Part shown: positions 62,814 through 64,000 of the stretch, in pieces
Position numbering within the stretch: position 1 is the stretch's first letter
Layout of the letters: each line of letters opens with the position of its first letter
NCBI RefSeq assembly: GCF_009914755.1
Contig: NC_060937.1
Origin: the human T2T-CHM13v2.0 reference genome, Homo sapiens
DNA: 64,000 nt
Strand: one strand, 5' to 3'
The notes under the pieces: model-generated
What the model saw: only the letters and a program-made list of their open reading frames with translations
What the model was told of the DNA's origin: nothing
Databases searched by the model: none
Made by a program: the position numbers and the translations under genes

Positions 62814-63739
62814 TTATTGCTACGAGTTAGAAGAAACAGTGTGTGAATGGCCAGGAACATGATGATGCTTTCTCACTCCAGCCAGACCAAGTTCAGGGGC
62901 ACTGGCTGGAACCAGGAGTGGCCTCTGCTTTGCTGTTATGAGAAAGTAAGGACCATTGATGGTCAGTGTCCTGGGGTCTATTTTGAGAAGTCCCCGGGTC
63001 ACATGAGCATTGAGAGGGAGACTATTTACTGGTCTACTCCTGGACCATGTTCAAAACTACCAGGAGAAATGCACAAGCCCTGCCCACAACACCGTTGGTG
63101 TGCCCAATTGGTGATTTTCACCCTTCAGCAATTCATCCATTTATTCCATAAGCCTTTAACTGACCACATTTTCTGTGCCAGGTACTTGGGCTGGGGATAA
63201 AATGATGAGGAAAGTGAATGCAATTTCTGTCCTTAAGGAGCATTCAATCCAGCAGTGGAGAGCAAGAAAAATAATCATCTCCACAGTGAATGGATTAGGT
63301 GACAAGTGTTCCCTTTGCCTTGCCTAGCCAATCTAGCCAATATGCCAACATGGGCACTAACAGGATAGGTCAGCTTAGCCAAGGCCAGGAGCAGAATCCA
63401 TCTAGGCTGGAGGCTTAGACAGCGAGAGATTCAGAGGGTGACTTCTGGAGTAAGGCTGCTCTGGTCACTGTTTTTTCCCTGTCACTCTCTAGTTTTGTGA
63501 CCTTGGGCAGGTAACTGAGCATGTCCTGGTCTGTCTTTGCAGTTGTAGAAAGCGGGGTAGTGTCTCCTTTGTAGGGCTGCTGTGAGCCTCCAATGAACTG
63601 GTGCTCTTGCACAGAGCCTGGTACATGGGGAGTGTTGGCTGTTAGCGCACCAAGAGTTCATGGCCAGAAATTCAGTTTGTTGAAAGCAAGATTAACAAGA
63701 ACACTAATCTAAGCAGCACAGAGGCCCTGGGGAGTGTCA

Positions 63740-64000
<261 letters not shown>

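Overview
Human (primate) genomic DNA, not prokaryotic. The first ~12 kb hold the 5' half of MTIF3 (mitochondrial translation initiation factor 3) on the minus strand: a CpG-island promoter and first exon (~11281-11345), a 69-nt 5'UTR exon (5850-5918) and the first coding exon (750-1210). The remaining coding exons lie left of the window. From recalled knowledge, not shown by the sequence, this is 13q12.2 between GTF3A and LNX2. The other ~52 kb are intergenic and repeat-rich: about 38 Alu copies or fragments, MaLR/ERV solo LTRs, L1/L2/MIR relics, DNA-transposon relics, a U6 pseudogene fused to L1, and a 30-bp minisatellite. I found no convincing new protein-coding gene or CRISPR-like system. 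Best leads: (1) a spliced 37-codon upstream ORF spanning three MTIF3 exons that overlaps the main AUG out of frame whether or not exon 2 is included; (2) an old U6/L1 chimera; (3) several short templated duplications or captures, including foreign DNA inside one Alu TSD pair, a 33-bp copy pasted into an Alu and a perfect 30-bp inverted repeat; (4) a CCAAT-phased minisatellite inside an LTR. Repeat subfamily calls and boundaries were made by eye and are approximate.
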